DNA of 64,000 nt, taken from NCBI GenBank assembly GCA_030390025.1, contig CM059434.1:104160001-104224000 (forward strand), in the 5' to 3' direction. Under the pieces are notes generated by a model. That model made no database searches. It was not told the origin of the DNA and worked only from the letters and a program-made list of their open reading frames with translations. Of this stretch, positions 1-12,605 are shown one piece after another. Position 1 is the stretch's first letter; each line of letters starts with the position of its first letter. A program made the translations under genes and the position numbers. Origin of the DNA: Squalus acanthias. Lineage: Eukaryota.

Positions 1-950
1 ACTTGAAGGTGCTGAAGTCTCCAGGGAGTGGTCTGGCAGGTTACTTCAAGGCTTCTGCTCAGACCAGTTGCTCCCAGACATGGGTGCTGTAGTTTGTATC
101 CACCTTGTCGTGCAAGAGATAGGGAAGTGTGTCAGTGAGTGTGGTGCAATGTGTTTGGGTGATGTACCTGTCATGGATGAATAGCTGGCAGTGTGTGCAA
201 GCTGTGAGATGTGGGTGTGAGACTTGCAGCATGTGAGGGTGAGGTGAAACTATAAATGTGAGGTATGAGTCATGATTGATAGAGATTGTTGGTAGGTGAG
301 TGAAATGGGCTGGAGAATTGGGCAGTATCTGGGCCTAGTAGTTCAGTTGTAAGGACATAGCATTTGAAGATGAATTCACTGACCATGTCCACTTGTATGA
401 GGTCATTAAACTTCTTGCAGCAATAAATCCAGGTCCTTGGGGCTACACTGTTGGCACTGACCGGAATGGCTATCTGCTCCCATTGCCTTCTCACAGTTTA
501 TCTCGAGGGCCTCCTGGCCCCCTGTGGATACAGGGCATCTCTCCTCCTGTCCACCTCCTGCACCAGGGCCTCGAGTGCTGCATCAGAAAATCTGGGAGCC
601 CTCTCTCTGTCATGTTGCGCCATCTTCACTCTTCCTGTAGGTCATATACTCCTCTACAATGACTTCCAGTACCTGCTGCAGCCAAAATGCACCTCCCCTT
701 TAAGAGGTGCAGGCTGGCTTTAAGAAGTGCGGGCTAGTTTTAATTGGTGCTAGCCTCGCACGAACTTGGGTCCCATGCTGAGGCATGCAGTCACTCAGCA
801 GCGCATTCACTGCTGGGCTGCACGCCACAATCATTATAATTAGCAGGCAGCACGAAGTTTGCGTGCTGCCTGCATTACTTTGAATGGGCGCGGGTTGATT
901 GCGCATCGCGATCCCCGCACCTGTTTTCAGCGGCAATCAAATTTTTAGCC
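1..950 (-). mobile_element. PIF/Harbinger transposon fragment (one end plus Myb/SANT-like gene), running off the window start
   Basis: Minus strand from ATG at 623 reads MAQHDRERAPRFSDAALEALVQEVDRRRDALYP...RRQWEQIA...APRTWIYCCKKFNDL, homologous to the Myb/SANT ORF at 18638. A TIR-like end (aatttttagcc) at 940-950 is followed by TAA. Confidence 0.8.
384..623 (-). pseudogene. Harbinger Myb/SANT-like (trihelix) DNA-binding protein, exon 1, with in-frame stop
   Basis: APRFSD..LE.LV and W..IA..V.......RT...C.KKFNDL motifs; one in-frame TAA; ends at a phase-0 donor ATG|gtcagt. Confidence 0.75.
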
Positions 951-1269
951 TAATTACAGAAAATGTTAAAGGAATTTAATAAATACAGAGACACCCCTGT
1001 ACATCCTCCTTCATGGCAATAACATTGCTTAAAATACAGTGATTGACACTAAAATTTGCTATAATGCCAGCTGCAGTTTCCCTTCAGAAGCGATGGTCAT
1101 TACTCGGTAGAAATGACTGTAACGAATCAGAAACAACACAAATAGTCGGCCACACTGATGATTACAAGAGTAGCCACTATTTTCTATGCTGCACAAACTG
1201 GCAGCGAAGGACCCGGAAAGGCTACTCAGAAGTGGAGGAAAGAGCATTCCCAGAATAAAGATATAGATT

Positions 1270-1680
1270 AGTTCCTTGAAGAAGTGCTGAGGTATAAAAA
1301 GATCTTTAGTGCCAAAGCCAGTATTGACAGAACTGTGCAGGCATGTCTGGCTCGAATTGATATGTCACTGCTCTTGCTGATGTGTTGACTTACATCCAGG
1401 ATATTTGGAATGCTAATTTTGCAAAATTCCATCGGTATTCTTGCCAAATATCTCCTGAGGACAATCCTAGGATTTCAATTGAGGAGAGACTTTCCACTGG
1501 GTCTAAATCTGCCAGCATTTCGAGCCAAAGTGAGAGAACATGCTGCGCTCTCAGGCCACCCGCCAATTCAGAGAGGCAGAAGTCTGCTTCTGCCTATTAC
1601 AGCAGCCAAACACAACCTCCACAATCTCCTCCAAAAAGATGCAAGGTTGGCAGTAGAAATAGAAAGACAGCTTAATCTAT
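1270..1680 (+). mobile_element. Highly degenerate RTE-like LINE ORF remnant (tentative)
   Basis: Fragments LEEVLRYK..ASIDRTVQ, KFHR, LLRTILG...LNLPAFRAKVREH..LSGH and LLQKDAR loosely follow the RTE post-RT motif order. Confidence 0.35.
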
Positions 1681-1780
1681 TAGTTCTTCACATATCTTTC
1701 TCTAGTGTTTAAATTCAGAAATTAATATAGAAAAACGAGTCATTTTATCAAATTCAGAGGAGTTAGGCATTTTTAAAAGA

Positions 1781-2250
1781 AAGAAAAGAAAGACTTACAT
1801 TTGTATGGCATCTTTCACGACCTCAGGACGTCCCAAAGAGCTTTACCGCCAATGAAGCACTTTCGAAGTGTAGTCTCTGTTGTAATATAGGAAAGACGGC
1901 AGCCAATTTGGGCACAGCAAGCCCCCACAAACAGCAATGTGATAATGACCAGATAATCTGTTTTTTAGTGATGTTGATTGAGGAATAAATATTGGCCTGG
2001 ATACCAGGGATAACTCCCCTGCTCTTCTTCAAAATAGTGCCATGGGATCTTTTACGTCCACTTGAGAGGGCAGACGGGGCCTCGGTTTAACGTCTCATCC
2101 GAAAGACGGCACCTCCGACAGTGCAGCACTCCCTCAGCACTGCACTGGAGTGTCAGCCTAGATTTTGTGCTCAAGTCTCCTGGAGTGGGACTTGAACTCA
2201 CAACCTTCTGATTCAGAGGCGCGAGTGCTACCAACTGAGCCATGGCTGAC
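1781..2250 (-). mobile_element. DeuSINE (SacSINE1-like, tRNA-derived), full length
   Basis: tRNA-like head with A box (tggctcagttgg) and B box (gttcaagtc); Deu-domain text (ttgctgtttgtgg..cttgctgtg..caaattggctgcc); (TTTC)n tail; flanked by aaaaga on both sides. Confidence 0.9.
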
Positions 2251-2639
2251 AAAAGAGCAAAAAGGGATCAAAGGGAAAATCAGGAGACAACCTCCAAGAT
2301 TTAAATTATAAATAAAGTAAAATTTATACTTCAGCCATCAAATCTAAGGTAAAAAATCAAATTAAATTCCTATAGTCTTCTAATTACAACTGTGCGTAAA
2401 AGAACTTCAAATAGTTTAAGAAAAAAGAGTCAATGTAATTATCCTAGCTCTTATAATCTTGACTAAATCATTCAAGTCTCTGACGTCTTACCAATCACCA
2501 TGGTTGATGTTGTGGGACATCAATCTTTCACAGTTGTTTCAAGCTACAATCTGTTGTTATACTACCTGGTATGGAACATAAAAGAAAATTACTTTCTAGT
2601 AACAACTTAGGCTCCAGGCTCTTTTTACAGTAGTGGCAG

Positions 2640-2900
2640 TTAAAATAGACTATTTGATTTGGATGGTGTGCACAGAACTAGAAGATATAGGTTTGAGGCT
2701 AACAAATCTCAAGCAAGACTAGAAATTAGAACAGTGATTCTTTTTGCACAGTATAGTGGATATATAGAGAGCAGAATCCCAGCAAAATCAGTTGATGCTG
2801 TGTTGATCAACTTCTTCGGAAAGATGCAGGATATATGTTTAATTGGGAATGGAATTGGAGTTTATTGGGATAAATATTGACTGAGATCATCAAATATTCT
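2640..2900 (+). mobile_element. Degenerate CR1 LINE 3' fragment
   Basis: Translates RTRRYRF...ARLEIR...FAQ, resembling the CR1 ORF2 C-terminal TRGH..RL..R..FFSQRVV motif. Confidence 0.55.
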
Positions 2901-3124
2901 TTGAGCCCAGTGGTTGCGCTGTTTCTGGGTTGGGAGTGGAAGGCTTCTATGGCACAACTCAATCAAAGGATCGAGCAGGTCGGGGATCAAGTGGGCCTGG
3001 GACTGCTGGGTTCAGATCCGCGGATCGGGAGGTCTGGGGTTCAGGGGCCAGAGGCAGGTGCGAGCCTCAAGCTTGTGTTGTGCCTTGCTGGAACACTGTA
3101 GGAGCCCGAGGAGAGATAGATCAG

Positions 3125-4110
3125 AGTGTCCTCGGCATCCTAAAATATTGCAATGAAGCTCAACGCAAACTCAAGGAACTGAACCCCATCTTTCTACTAG
3201 GCACTTTACAACCTTAACATTGAGCTTAACAACTTTAGATATTAACCACCTCTCCCAGTTTCTCTCGAACATTCTGTAACTATTCGCATCTCTTCTGGAC
3301 CCATCTTTTGTTTCTATACTTGTCCCATTATCTTCTTCTTAGGCAGTCCCTCAGAACCGAGGATGACTTGCTTCCACATTAAAAATGAGTTCTCAGGTGA
3401 CTGATGAGTCCAATGCGGGACCTACAGTCTCTGTCACAGGTGGGGCAGACGGTGGTTGAAGGGCGGGTGGGTGGGGTGCTTAGGTTGACGTGCGCTCCTT
3501 CGCTTCCGCTTGCTCCCGGCGAAGAGACTCGAGGTGTTCGGCGCCTTCCCAGATGCTTCTCCTCCACTTTGTGCGGTCTTGGGCCAGGAATTCCCAGGTG
3601 TCGGTGGGGATGTTGCACTTTTTCAGGGAGGCTTTGAGGGTGTCCTTGAAGCATTTCCTCTGCCCACCTGGGGCTCTCTTGCCGTGTCGGAGCTCCGAGT
3701 AGAGCGCTTGTTTTGGGAGTCTCGTATCGGACATGCGGACGATGAGACCCGTCCATCGGAGCTGATCGAGTGTGGTCAAAGCTTCGATGCTGGGGATGTT
3801 GGCCTGAGCGAGAACATTGACGTTGGTGCGCCTATCCTGCCAATGCATTTGCAGGATCTTGCGGAGGCAGCATTATCATCATCCCTTTTGTCATTTAATC
3901 ACTCCTGCCCTCCAACCTATCACAGACCTTTCCCTTTTGTTTGTTCCATGACCCCCTGCTCCCCTTTTCCCTGACTCCGTACTTGCTTAAAGGCTGTTTA
4001 TCTCCAACATCTTCTAGTTCTGATGCAAGGTCATCGATCTGAAACCTTAACTCTGTTTCTCTCTCCACAGATGCTGCCTGACCTGCTGAGTGTTTCCAGC
4101 ATTTTCTGCT
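3125..4110 (+). mobile_element. Penelope-like element 3' fragment (family A), interrupted by an RTE; decayed hammerhead at ~4016-4052
   Basis: LGILKYCNEAQRKLKE..IF.LGTLQP matches the GIY-YIG C-terminus at 35245-35730. The 3' region matches 35800-36095. The ribozyme core is mutated (CTGATGC...GAAACCTT). Confidence 0.8.
3333..3870 (-). mobile_element. RTE-clade LINE, 5'-truncated
   Basis: ORF 3480-3848 (HWQDRRTN..VL..ANIPSIE...QLRW.G...RM.D.RLPKQ.LY.EL..GKR..GGQRK) plus a C-terminal CPTC..C.SRIGLISHLRTH; (GAA)n tail; 7-bp TSD cattatc at 3326-3332 and 3871-3877. Confidence 0.92.
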
Positions 4111-4569
4111 TATATAGTAAAATGAGGCCCAGGTGTTAAAATTGCCGGCGCCTCATGCTGCTAACGTCATGGGTGCGTTCCACCTGCCCCATCCCTGCCC
4201 GTTTCCCAACCCAAGTTAAAAGTCAGGGCTTTGAGTTTGATTTTGCTGTTTCATGGTTACAGGGAAGCAGCTGCAATAATTTCTGATCATGAATACAGCA
4301 GTAATCTGACATAAATCTCCATACAGTAGATTATCTGTGATACCAGTGCCTGTAGAATTCAGCAATATAAGAATTAAGGATAGAGGTCCACTTCATACAA
4401 GGTTGACACTAAATGTGATTCTAAATCCTCTTCGAATTCTGCCCCTGATTTGACGAAAAGTTGTTTACTTAGATTAACTTTGGTGCAGCCGAGTTGCCTT
4501 TCACTAGCAACAGAAAAGTACTTTCAGGCATTTTTGTTCTTAATTAATATTTGTCGGTTTGACAAAATA

Positions 4570-5133
4570 TAATTGGAATGGGCGCCGGTCCATGTCAGAG
4601 CGAGGTCTGGCCAAATTCGGCACCGGGCCTCATCTGCATTTCACCGGCAAGCTTGCAGATGCCAATTGGACATCCCAGTGGAGCTCGTCAGTTTGAGGAC
4701 ACCTGCAATGCCAGCAGCAGCCCTCGGGCAGGACGGGGGAGTGGAAGGGAGTTCTAACGAGAGGCAGAGCGAGCACGAACCGGCAGAGGCCCGCAGTAGT
4801 GCTGTGGAGCTAGGAGGAGCAGGAGTCCTCCTTCTGTCTCCAGATTCAGGTAAGTAAAAGCGTAACCCTTACCTCTTTTTTGTCGGCCTCCAGCAGTCCC
4901 TTTAAGGACCGCGGGTTAGATTGTCGTAGACCTGGAAATACTGAGCGGAGCATCCGTGGCACATGTTCGGTTCAGTTTTTGCCCAATTTGGGTCCTGAAA
5001 CAGGTGTGAGGCCCATAATTATCAGCCAGCACACTTCCAGGGGCAGGCTTAGGCGTGGGATACCTAACCCTGATCCCCCAACCCTGATTTTGCACCCAGA
5101 AATTGGCCGGGATGATGGCCAATTTCTGCGCCC
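4570..5133. mobile_element. Harbinger-type MITE, left end unclear
   Basis: GC-rich block ending in a TIR-like aatttctgcgccc; internal ggagcaggagt..tcct and caggtaagt motifs shared with other MITEs in the window. Confidence 0.55.
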
Positions 5134-5623
5134 AAAAGTTTTGTCTTGTTTCCCAGCTTGTGTACATCAGCATTTCAAGGACATGAGATAGTTTCTGATG
5201 TAATTGACTGATGAATATTGGCAATGGTATCACTGAGAAAACTCAGCGAGGCGAGATGCCATTCCCCCTCTCCCCCCATAACGATGTGGGTGCCTCAAGA
5301 CCGCTTAGTATATTGCTTATTCCAGATATCAAAAGATCAATTAAAGAACGCATCAGTCTGTTTTTATAACCCCAATGTGAACATCAGCAAAAAAAAAGCA
5401 ACAGAGAAATTGTACTGTTTGAAGCTTTATAGAGGTCTGCTTCCATCACACTGAGTATAGGAACTGAGTTTTCTCTGTAACCTGTTAAACATGACTACAA
5501 TACTTCCTTTATAGGTTTAGTAGCACAAAGTTGCCGACCATGAAAAACAGGAGTTGAGCATTCTTAACAATTCTACTTTCTCTATAGGCTTTTCCAGCTA
5601 TCTTTGCTGCCAATTCTCACATG

Positions 5624-5758
5624 ACTTCACCTGAGGAAGGGGCCACGTAAGCTCCGAAAGCTTGTGATTTCAAATAAAACTGTTGGACTATAACCTGGTG
5701 TTGTGCGACTTCTCATTTTTGTCCACCCCAGTCCAACACCGGCATCTCCGCATCATGA
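5624..5758 (+). mobile_element. 135-bp Penelope-derived hammerhead mini-element (family B)
   Basis: 14-bp TSD ccaattctcacatg at 5610-5623 and 5759-5772; near-identical to 52567-52691 and 35489-35618. Confidence 0.9.
5627..5667 (+). ncRNA. Minimal type I hammerhead ribozyme
   Basis: UCAC-CUGAGGA-A-GGGGC[CACGUAA]GCUCC-GAAA-GC-UU-GUGA: stem I, conserved core, stem II and palindromic AAGCUU at stem III. Confidence 0.8.
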
Positions 5759-6143
5759 CCAATTCTCACATGTACAGTGTAGATTTGATTAGCGAGAGGA
5801 GGAGTTAGATACTTATGACTGAAGAGAATGTGGCATACTTATGAAGGAGTGGCGAGTGGGAAATATCATGGTCAAACCTTCTTAACAGAGTTCTTAACAA
5901 TTTCTACACTGAAAATTACTTACCATTTGTCAGCTGACTGTCCAATCCTACTTAGATCTGTTGTGATTTGTTCAGTTGTCAAATGCAAAGGTAACCATAC
6001 TGAGGAAGATTTCCTCTATGTGGTAAGTGTAATGAAATCTTAAACACCTTTAAAAAGAACAGGTTTATAATTATATTATGTATAAGCTCACAGAAATGTT
6101 CCCTCTGTATAGAGAATTTAATAATTAATTAGATAATTATGTT

Positions 6144-6166
6144 TATATATATATATATATATATAT
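6144..6166. repeat. (TA)n microsatellite
   Basis: About 11 TA units. Confidence 0.95.
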
Positions 6167-8028
6167 CTTAACCATTATGGAGATCCAAGATTTTCATATT
6201 ACAGTACTTGCAATGATGCAGTGTTGGGGCAGGCAGTAGGAAAGATAATTCTTAAGGATAATTGTCATGTGATCTCTACAGCTAGTTTTCCACCAGGGTC
6301 ATTCAGTAGTACTTGGCACCAGCAAATAAACTCGATATAGATCTCCACCACCAACTTTCTTTCATCGTTCCCTACTTACACAACAAAAGATTAGATAAAT
6401 ATTCAGGAAAGGATGTGGCTTCCTCCTGTCTCTTTAACATGCAATGGGATGTAATATTTTCTACTTGCCGGTTCTGCATGTTAGTTTTGATTCCACAGTT
6501 ACATTTGCAGTAGGTTGGCCTTTTTGTGGCAAGGTGAAATTTGTTTAAATTAGTACCAACAATTAACATAAAATATCTTGTTTAGTGCTAATTACAACAA
6601 CATGCCTATTGATAAATTAGATCATTGATATTAATTATGTTGGGCAAATGTTTACGACTAGCACAAATTTTAAGAAGGAAAATTGCAGGTATCAGAAATA
6701 CACAAACAGGAGAGAGAAATTTGATCCGACTCTGTGTTTGTCAAGAGAAAATTGTACAAAACATTTGAAAACGTCACCTTTGTCAAAGTTGAATGTCCAC
6801 GCACAGATTACGATACAAGTATCAGAAAAATGATTTGCTACATTCAATTTATGACTTACAGTGCTCAAGGAAGGAAAACAGTCTTAAAAATTCAATTGAT
6901 GGTTGTGAAAAACAATAAGAAAAAGTTCTACAAGCTTTATTACATTCGGTAATAAGATCTGAAGGAAGTCTTTGAAAATAGGACAAAACTAAACAAAGAA
7001 CGGCTATTCAGGATGAGAGCTTATTCATTTCATATGTCCTTTTTCATCTCAACTCAACCTGTCCTCCTTGAAACACGATACGCAGGTGCATAGACACCAC
7101 TGACATCAGAGCCTGCCTCATGGAGAAATAGCCAAACTTGTAAACAGAATGTCAGGGAAAGTAATCCCAATATTGTCGTGAACAGAACGGGTTTCAGCAT
7201 AGGTGTAATTATAGTACTACCTCAAACTGTGATGTGCAGAACATCCCACAAAAACAAAGTACCACAGGAGAGAGGGAGCAATTACACGCAGCATTGCTTT
7301 GGTGCATGTAGCATATCAGCTTCATTTTGAAGCCAGCATTTCTTTTGGGATGATTTCCTTTGGTTGCTACATGTCATAACATTGTAAACAAATGTGAAAA
7401 GGTATCTTCTCGTCGTGTACTTCTAGCGAAATCATACATGTATTATTTTTGAACAAATTTACAATCGAACTAGAAATATCAACCAAAGGATATCTTCTTG
7501 CATTTTTTTTATGATGTTACGAAACATAGTGACCAGAGAAAACCATCTCCATTTAAATGCATCAGTGCTGTTTACAAGAGTCGGCATTAGATCACTGCCA
7601 TTGGCCTATGTCAAGAATGTCTGTTTTTCAAAACACTCTCATTTGTAAACAAAGAATTCGCTTGATGTCAACAAAGAGGATGGCAGAAATGCAAACTGAC
7701 CACCAGTTTTGTAATGAAAAGCTGTAAAAGTTTGATCTTAAAATAGTTTTTCAAAAATCATACTTTTGCAATGCTTTGTTTTTGCGTGAGCCCCAAATAC
7801 TGGACTGAATTGTAAATCTGAATAATTAGCAATGATAAATGTGTAACTGTTTCGCCCAAGGGTGGCCCTTACTATATTAAACTCTTATCTTATCTCCCCC
7901 CGCTAATTTTTCAAATTGAACACTTAATTTCTGCTGCAATACAACAAGACAAGCATTAGAAATCCTGGCACTCAAACTGGTGAAGCATAACTTACTGGTA
8001 TAGTCAACCTTAAATGATTCAACACTTA

Positions 8029-8729
8029 GGGGGAAAAATTCGGTGGCGCCCCCTTTGGGGCGCTAACTTCACCAGGACGCTACTATTAGTGCCCCTAAAA
8101 AGTTAGCACCCCTGCGCCGTAAATTCAGTGGTAGCACCCCAAGCAAGAGGCAGGGTGCTACTGGAAGCGCTCCCCCTCCATTCTGGGGTGCTACCATTGA
8201 ATATCGCGACGCTACATGCGCCGCGGTATTGCAGGCCTCCCTCCCCTGATTAAAATGGGAGGGGACAAGCGCTGTGCGCACCGGGGCCCTGCTGGACCAC
8301 CGGGGAGCGGGGTGCCGGGAAAACAGCCCGGCACTCAAGGAGAGTGCATGACCAATCGTGGCCGGCACCCCGCATAAAAAAGCGGAAGGGAGCAGGTGCT
8401 GGTAGACGGCCCAAAAAAGATGGCGGCCCGGCACCTGCCCTTTAATTTGCGCTGTCGCAGGCCGCAAAAACGCCACCCTGACCCTGTCGGACATATCGTC
8501 CGGCAGTAGGTCAGGGGCTGCGACTGAAGTTTGCGGATGGGGCGCGAGCAGGGCGCTGCGCACGGCGATGACGTAATTGCCGGAGGCTCAACGCCATGGG
8601 GCGCTACCGGCTCCCACCACCGCTAACCTCCCGCTAAATTTCACGGGAGGCGTTAGCGGCGCACCCAGGCGCTAGGGGCTTTGTGCCCCCTTAGCGCCCC
8701 CAGGCGCAAAGCAACCCAATTTTTCTCCC
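8029..8729. mobile_element. Non-autonomous Harbinger element (MITE), 701 bp
   Basis: TIRs GGGGGAAAAATTCGGT / GGGAGAAAAATTGGGT; TTA TSD at 8026-8028 and 8730-8732; subterminal GCGCTA/TAGCGC motifs as in 18283-21957. Confidence 0.9.
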
Positions 8730-10484
8730 TTAGACTAGCTACACCCAAGTTTCCCAACCAACTCAGTAGGTGATCAGTCTTAAATGTCTTAGTTAGGATT
8801 CAAACAGCTCCAGAAGTAACTTTTCATGATCTTCTTGATATTCACTCAAAGATTGATTGGACACAGCTATACCAAATTACATTGATATATTGCTGGGGGA
8901 AAGGGGGTGAAGAGAGAAAGAAAAACATGATTTATGTCTGTGAGAAAACTTTCTTGTCAATGTGCCATAAAAATATTCCCATCTGCATTCCATATTTACT
9001 TTCTGGATGTGTGGATATAACATCATTATGTTATTATAAGTCATTATTCACCAAACTACTTCAGAACACAGCACATGTAAAATACCATTACTATGAGACT
9101 GTTATCCAATAGGTATGTTGTAATCTACGCTCACTATTTTCCCATTTTTTTAAACTGACAAATAAGTCTGACTGAGAATTATTGACTGAATCTTTTCAGG
9201 TTTTGATCAAGAGCACTATTTGCAGATCTCTAAATCTGAACATGAGATTTCTTCACAAAATGCTGATACTGAAATTGTGGCAAGTTTTTCCAAACCATTC
9301 ATTCATTCATTCAGCTTGTTATTTGGAAGGATGATGGCATCCATCATACTTCAAAACTGCATGTTGCTGTCCTTTTGCTGGGTTCAGCACAGTTTATCAG
9401 TACTAGGTGTGAGCTCAATTTGTAGCTGACAAGTTAACTGGCCCTTCAAGTGATTGGAAACGACTATGTGGCCCACTTTAGTTCGATCTACACCCACTTA
9501 ATAGGCTTAATTGATGGTTTTACAATAGCCTTTCCAACAGATGAAATCTATGTTGGAAACTCCCTCCACCCACAATGGACAATTAATCATTATATTAGTC
9601 AACGTGAAGCAAATGTTGGTAGAAAGGTAGAATGTCACAGTGATAGAACAAGTTAACCTAGGGTTTTCCCATGTAACTATGCACCTGATAAGAAGCAGGA
9701 TATATGGATTGATGCTTTGAATGTCATGAAAATCTAAAATCAAGTAATATTTGATTTGTGGATAATTCACATTTATTGGCTGAATCTAAACTACCTTACA
9801 ATATAACCAATATTGTACATTAATTTATATTGCCCATTGCGTGTTTTTATTCATTCAGCCTGGACTAATTTAAACCTTAGACAAACCTTTGGAGATTAAC
9901 TGTTAAAAGATTTTTATAAGTAAAGGCAATCTAGGACAGTTTTTCAAATATATACTACCATGTTTTTGAAATAAAATGCTTTCTTTTTGATCTTAAACTT
10001 TGTGGAGTGATTTTATACCTGTCATCACAAATTACCTACAATTCATTACAGTTTACTTTTACCTGAAAGCTGCTCCCATGTGTTGATGATATGAGACCCA
10101 TATGTCCTTCTTCACCAACGTAGGAAACCAGATACCACGAACTGCCCCCCTGACAAGATATTCCATCACCTGAGACATGCGACATGACATTGTTGTCTTT
10201 ATGATGACAACTAAGCACTTCACAGGCAATGGAAATTAATCTGAGATAAAGCAGGATATACTGGTGTGACTCTCAGACAAACAGGCAAAGCAAGTTTTAA
10301 CCTCTTTCCCAACCTCATGAAAGGAATCCGGCAGTGTATTTATGTGGAACGAGCAATGATTTGGCTATCCATCTGGTCTTGGAAAATTAACCTAAGCTGG
10401 AAGACAATCTCCAGCTAGGTGGTTGATGCTTCCAATGTTATTGTCTTGGAGACATTGAGTAAAGAAGTGCAATGTTGTAACATA

Positions 10485-10916
10485 AGAACTTAAATTAATA
10501 TAGGACCTTTCACATCCTTAGAATGCTCCAAAGCACTTCCCAACATTTTTTTTCTGAAAAGCAGTCACTGCTGTTATGTGGACAAACATAGTAGCCAATT
10601 TCCACACAGCATGGTCCCACAAACAGCTCTGAGATAAATGGCCAACCTGATTTAGTGATGTTGGTTGAATGATGAATGTTAGCCATGACACCAGAATTCC
10701 CCCTGCTGTTCTTCCATTCAAATAGTGCCATGAGGTATTTTATGTCTACCTAAAAGGCAGATAATACCTGGGTTCAAAGTCTTATCCAAAAGACAGCTGC
10801 ATCTCTGACATTGCAGCACTCCCTCTGAAGTGTCAGCCTAGATTATATGCTCAAGTCTTGGAGTGGGGCTTGAACACACAGCCTACTGACAGTGCTAGTA
10901 TTGAACCTAGCTGACA
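10485..10916 (-). mobile_element. DeuSINE (SacSINE1-like), diverged
   Basis: Aligns by eye with 1781-2250. Confidence 0.85.
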
Positions 10917-11038
10917 CATGAAATCAATAGTGATACAGTGTGGCAGTTAAAATATTTGCAAGTTTATAACCTACAATTTCAATGTAGATATGTACAATGC
11001 TTACAGGTAAATAACATCAGCTTAAATGACACAGCTTG

Positions 11039-11457
11039 TGTCAGCTGTGGCTCAGTGGTAGCACTCTCACCTCTGAGTCAGAAGGTTCTGTGTTCAAGTC
11101 AAGACACTTCAGTGCTGCACCAACAGAGGTACCGTCTTTCAAATGAGATGTTAAACCGAGGCCCAATCTGCCCTCTCAAATGGATGTAAATGATCCCAAG
11201 GCACTATTTCGAAGAAGAGCAGGGGAGTTCTCCCCGAAGTCCTGGCCATTAATTATCCCTTAACCAACATCACTAAAACAGATTATCTAGTCATTATCAC
11301 GTTTCTGCTTGTGGGACCTTGCTGTGCACAAATTGGCTGCCGCATTTCCTACTTTATAAGGTTGATTACACTTCAAAAGTACTTCATTGGCTGTAAAGCG
11401 CTTTGGGACGTCCTCAGGCCATTCAAGGGTCAATATAAATGTAAGTCTTTCTTTTTT
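11039..11457 (+). mobile_element. DeuSINE (SacSINE1-like)
   Basis: Head gtcagctgtggctcagtggtagc, Deu domain, tail aaatgtaagtctttc. Confidence 0.88.
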
Positions 11458-12605
11458 AAATCTCATGCCGTTCAATTTTCTGCAAAATTACATTTTGCAA
11501 ATGAACTGAATTGCACATGAATATGAATATGCAAGTCCATGCCTTCATTTGAGTGTGTAATTCTGCAAAATATCAGAACAAGCTATTATTTCTACAGTTT
11601 CACAGTTTATGAGTAACTTGAATCTGTAAAGGAAAGAAATCCAGAAATATTTTCTAATGAGGAACTATTTTAATGACTCAGCTGAGGCATGAAAATGCTG
11701 GACTATTAACATTGCAATTTACAGGTTCCACTTGCCAACTAATAAATATATAACCGAACCAAGCATTATTCTTATTCAAGCACAAAATTCCAATGTAGTA
11801 ACCCCATTCCTATTCACTCCTGTTGTAGAATTCCTGGTCCAAAAATAATATTTAAATATTAAGTACCAGTCAAAGCATAAAATATTCTACAATTATCTGA
11901 GTACATTAAATACAGTCTATCCAATGTCAGACTTAACCTATTTTATATGTACTACATTTGTGAAAAATATATTTTTGTTAAATGTTTTGTAATTTTATAT
12001 AGACTATCATACAAAAAATGTCAAACTATTGTAACCAAAGTTTATAAAGCCTGGCCCAAGCACATTTCTTGGAAAGTAGCCGCACTTTTATTACAATTTT
12101 ACTATACTGTCTTTGCACACTTTTTTCCTTGTTCACAATACTCAAGATATTCTGCGCAAATGTGGTCAAAGATGATGCCAGAAACAACACAGATATCTGC
12201 CAGTATCTTTACGTACAGGCTAGTCAATATGTTTTCAATTTTAAAATATCGGAATCCAAACTGGATTCTTGCAAAAATAACAATGAATGTTTTAGAAGGT
12301 GCTGAAAAGTGAATGAAGTAATTTAATTTTGATAAGACCATTGGCTATGTTTTCTTTTGACAGGACTTGATGCAACGCAAGGTCACGCAGTGATTGCAAT
12401 GAGGCAGTGTCTAAGTCTAGAGGGAGGTAGTTTATTTTCCAGTTGATCCAGCTTGGAGAGTGTTAAAATACTGCGCTTTAAGCTGATACTTTAGCTTGAA
12501 TGAAACAATCACATTAAAGGATTATGACTGGAAAGACTGGGAGGAAAGAGTTCCTGGAAGAGCACTACAGATGTAAACTCAGTACAATAAGATGATCAAG
12601 ATAAC

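Noticed and set aside
2170-2250. tRNA genes at SINE heads (also 15128, 47589, 14250-14321)
   Set aside because: A/B boxes run straight into SINE bodies, so these are tRNA-derived promoters rather than tRNAs.
9198-9429. Possible + strand exon after tttcag (GFDQEHYLQISKSEHE...); similar weak cases at ~12364 and ~27374
   Set aside because: No recognisable protein similarity and no convincing donor site.
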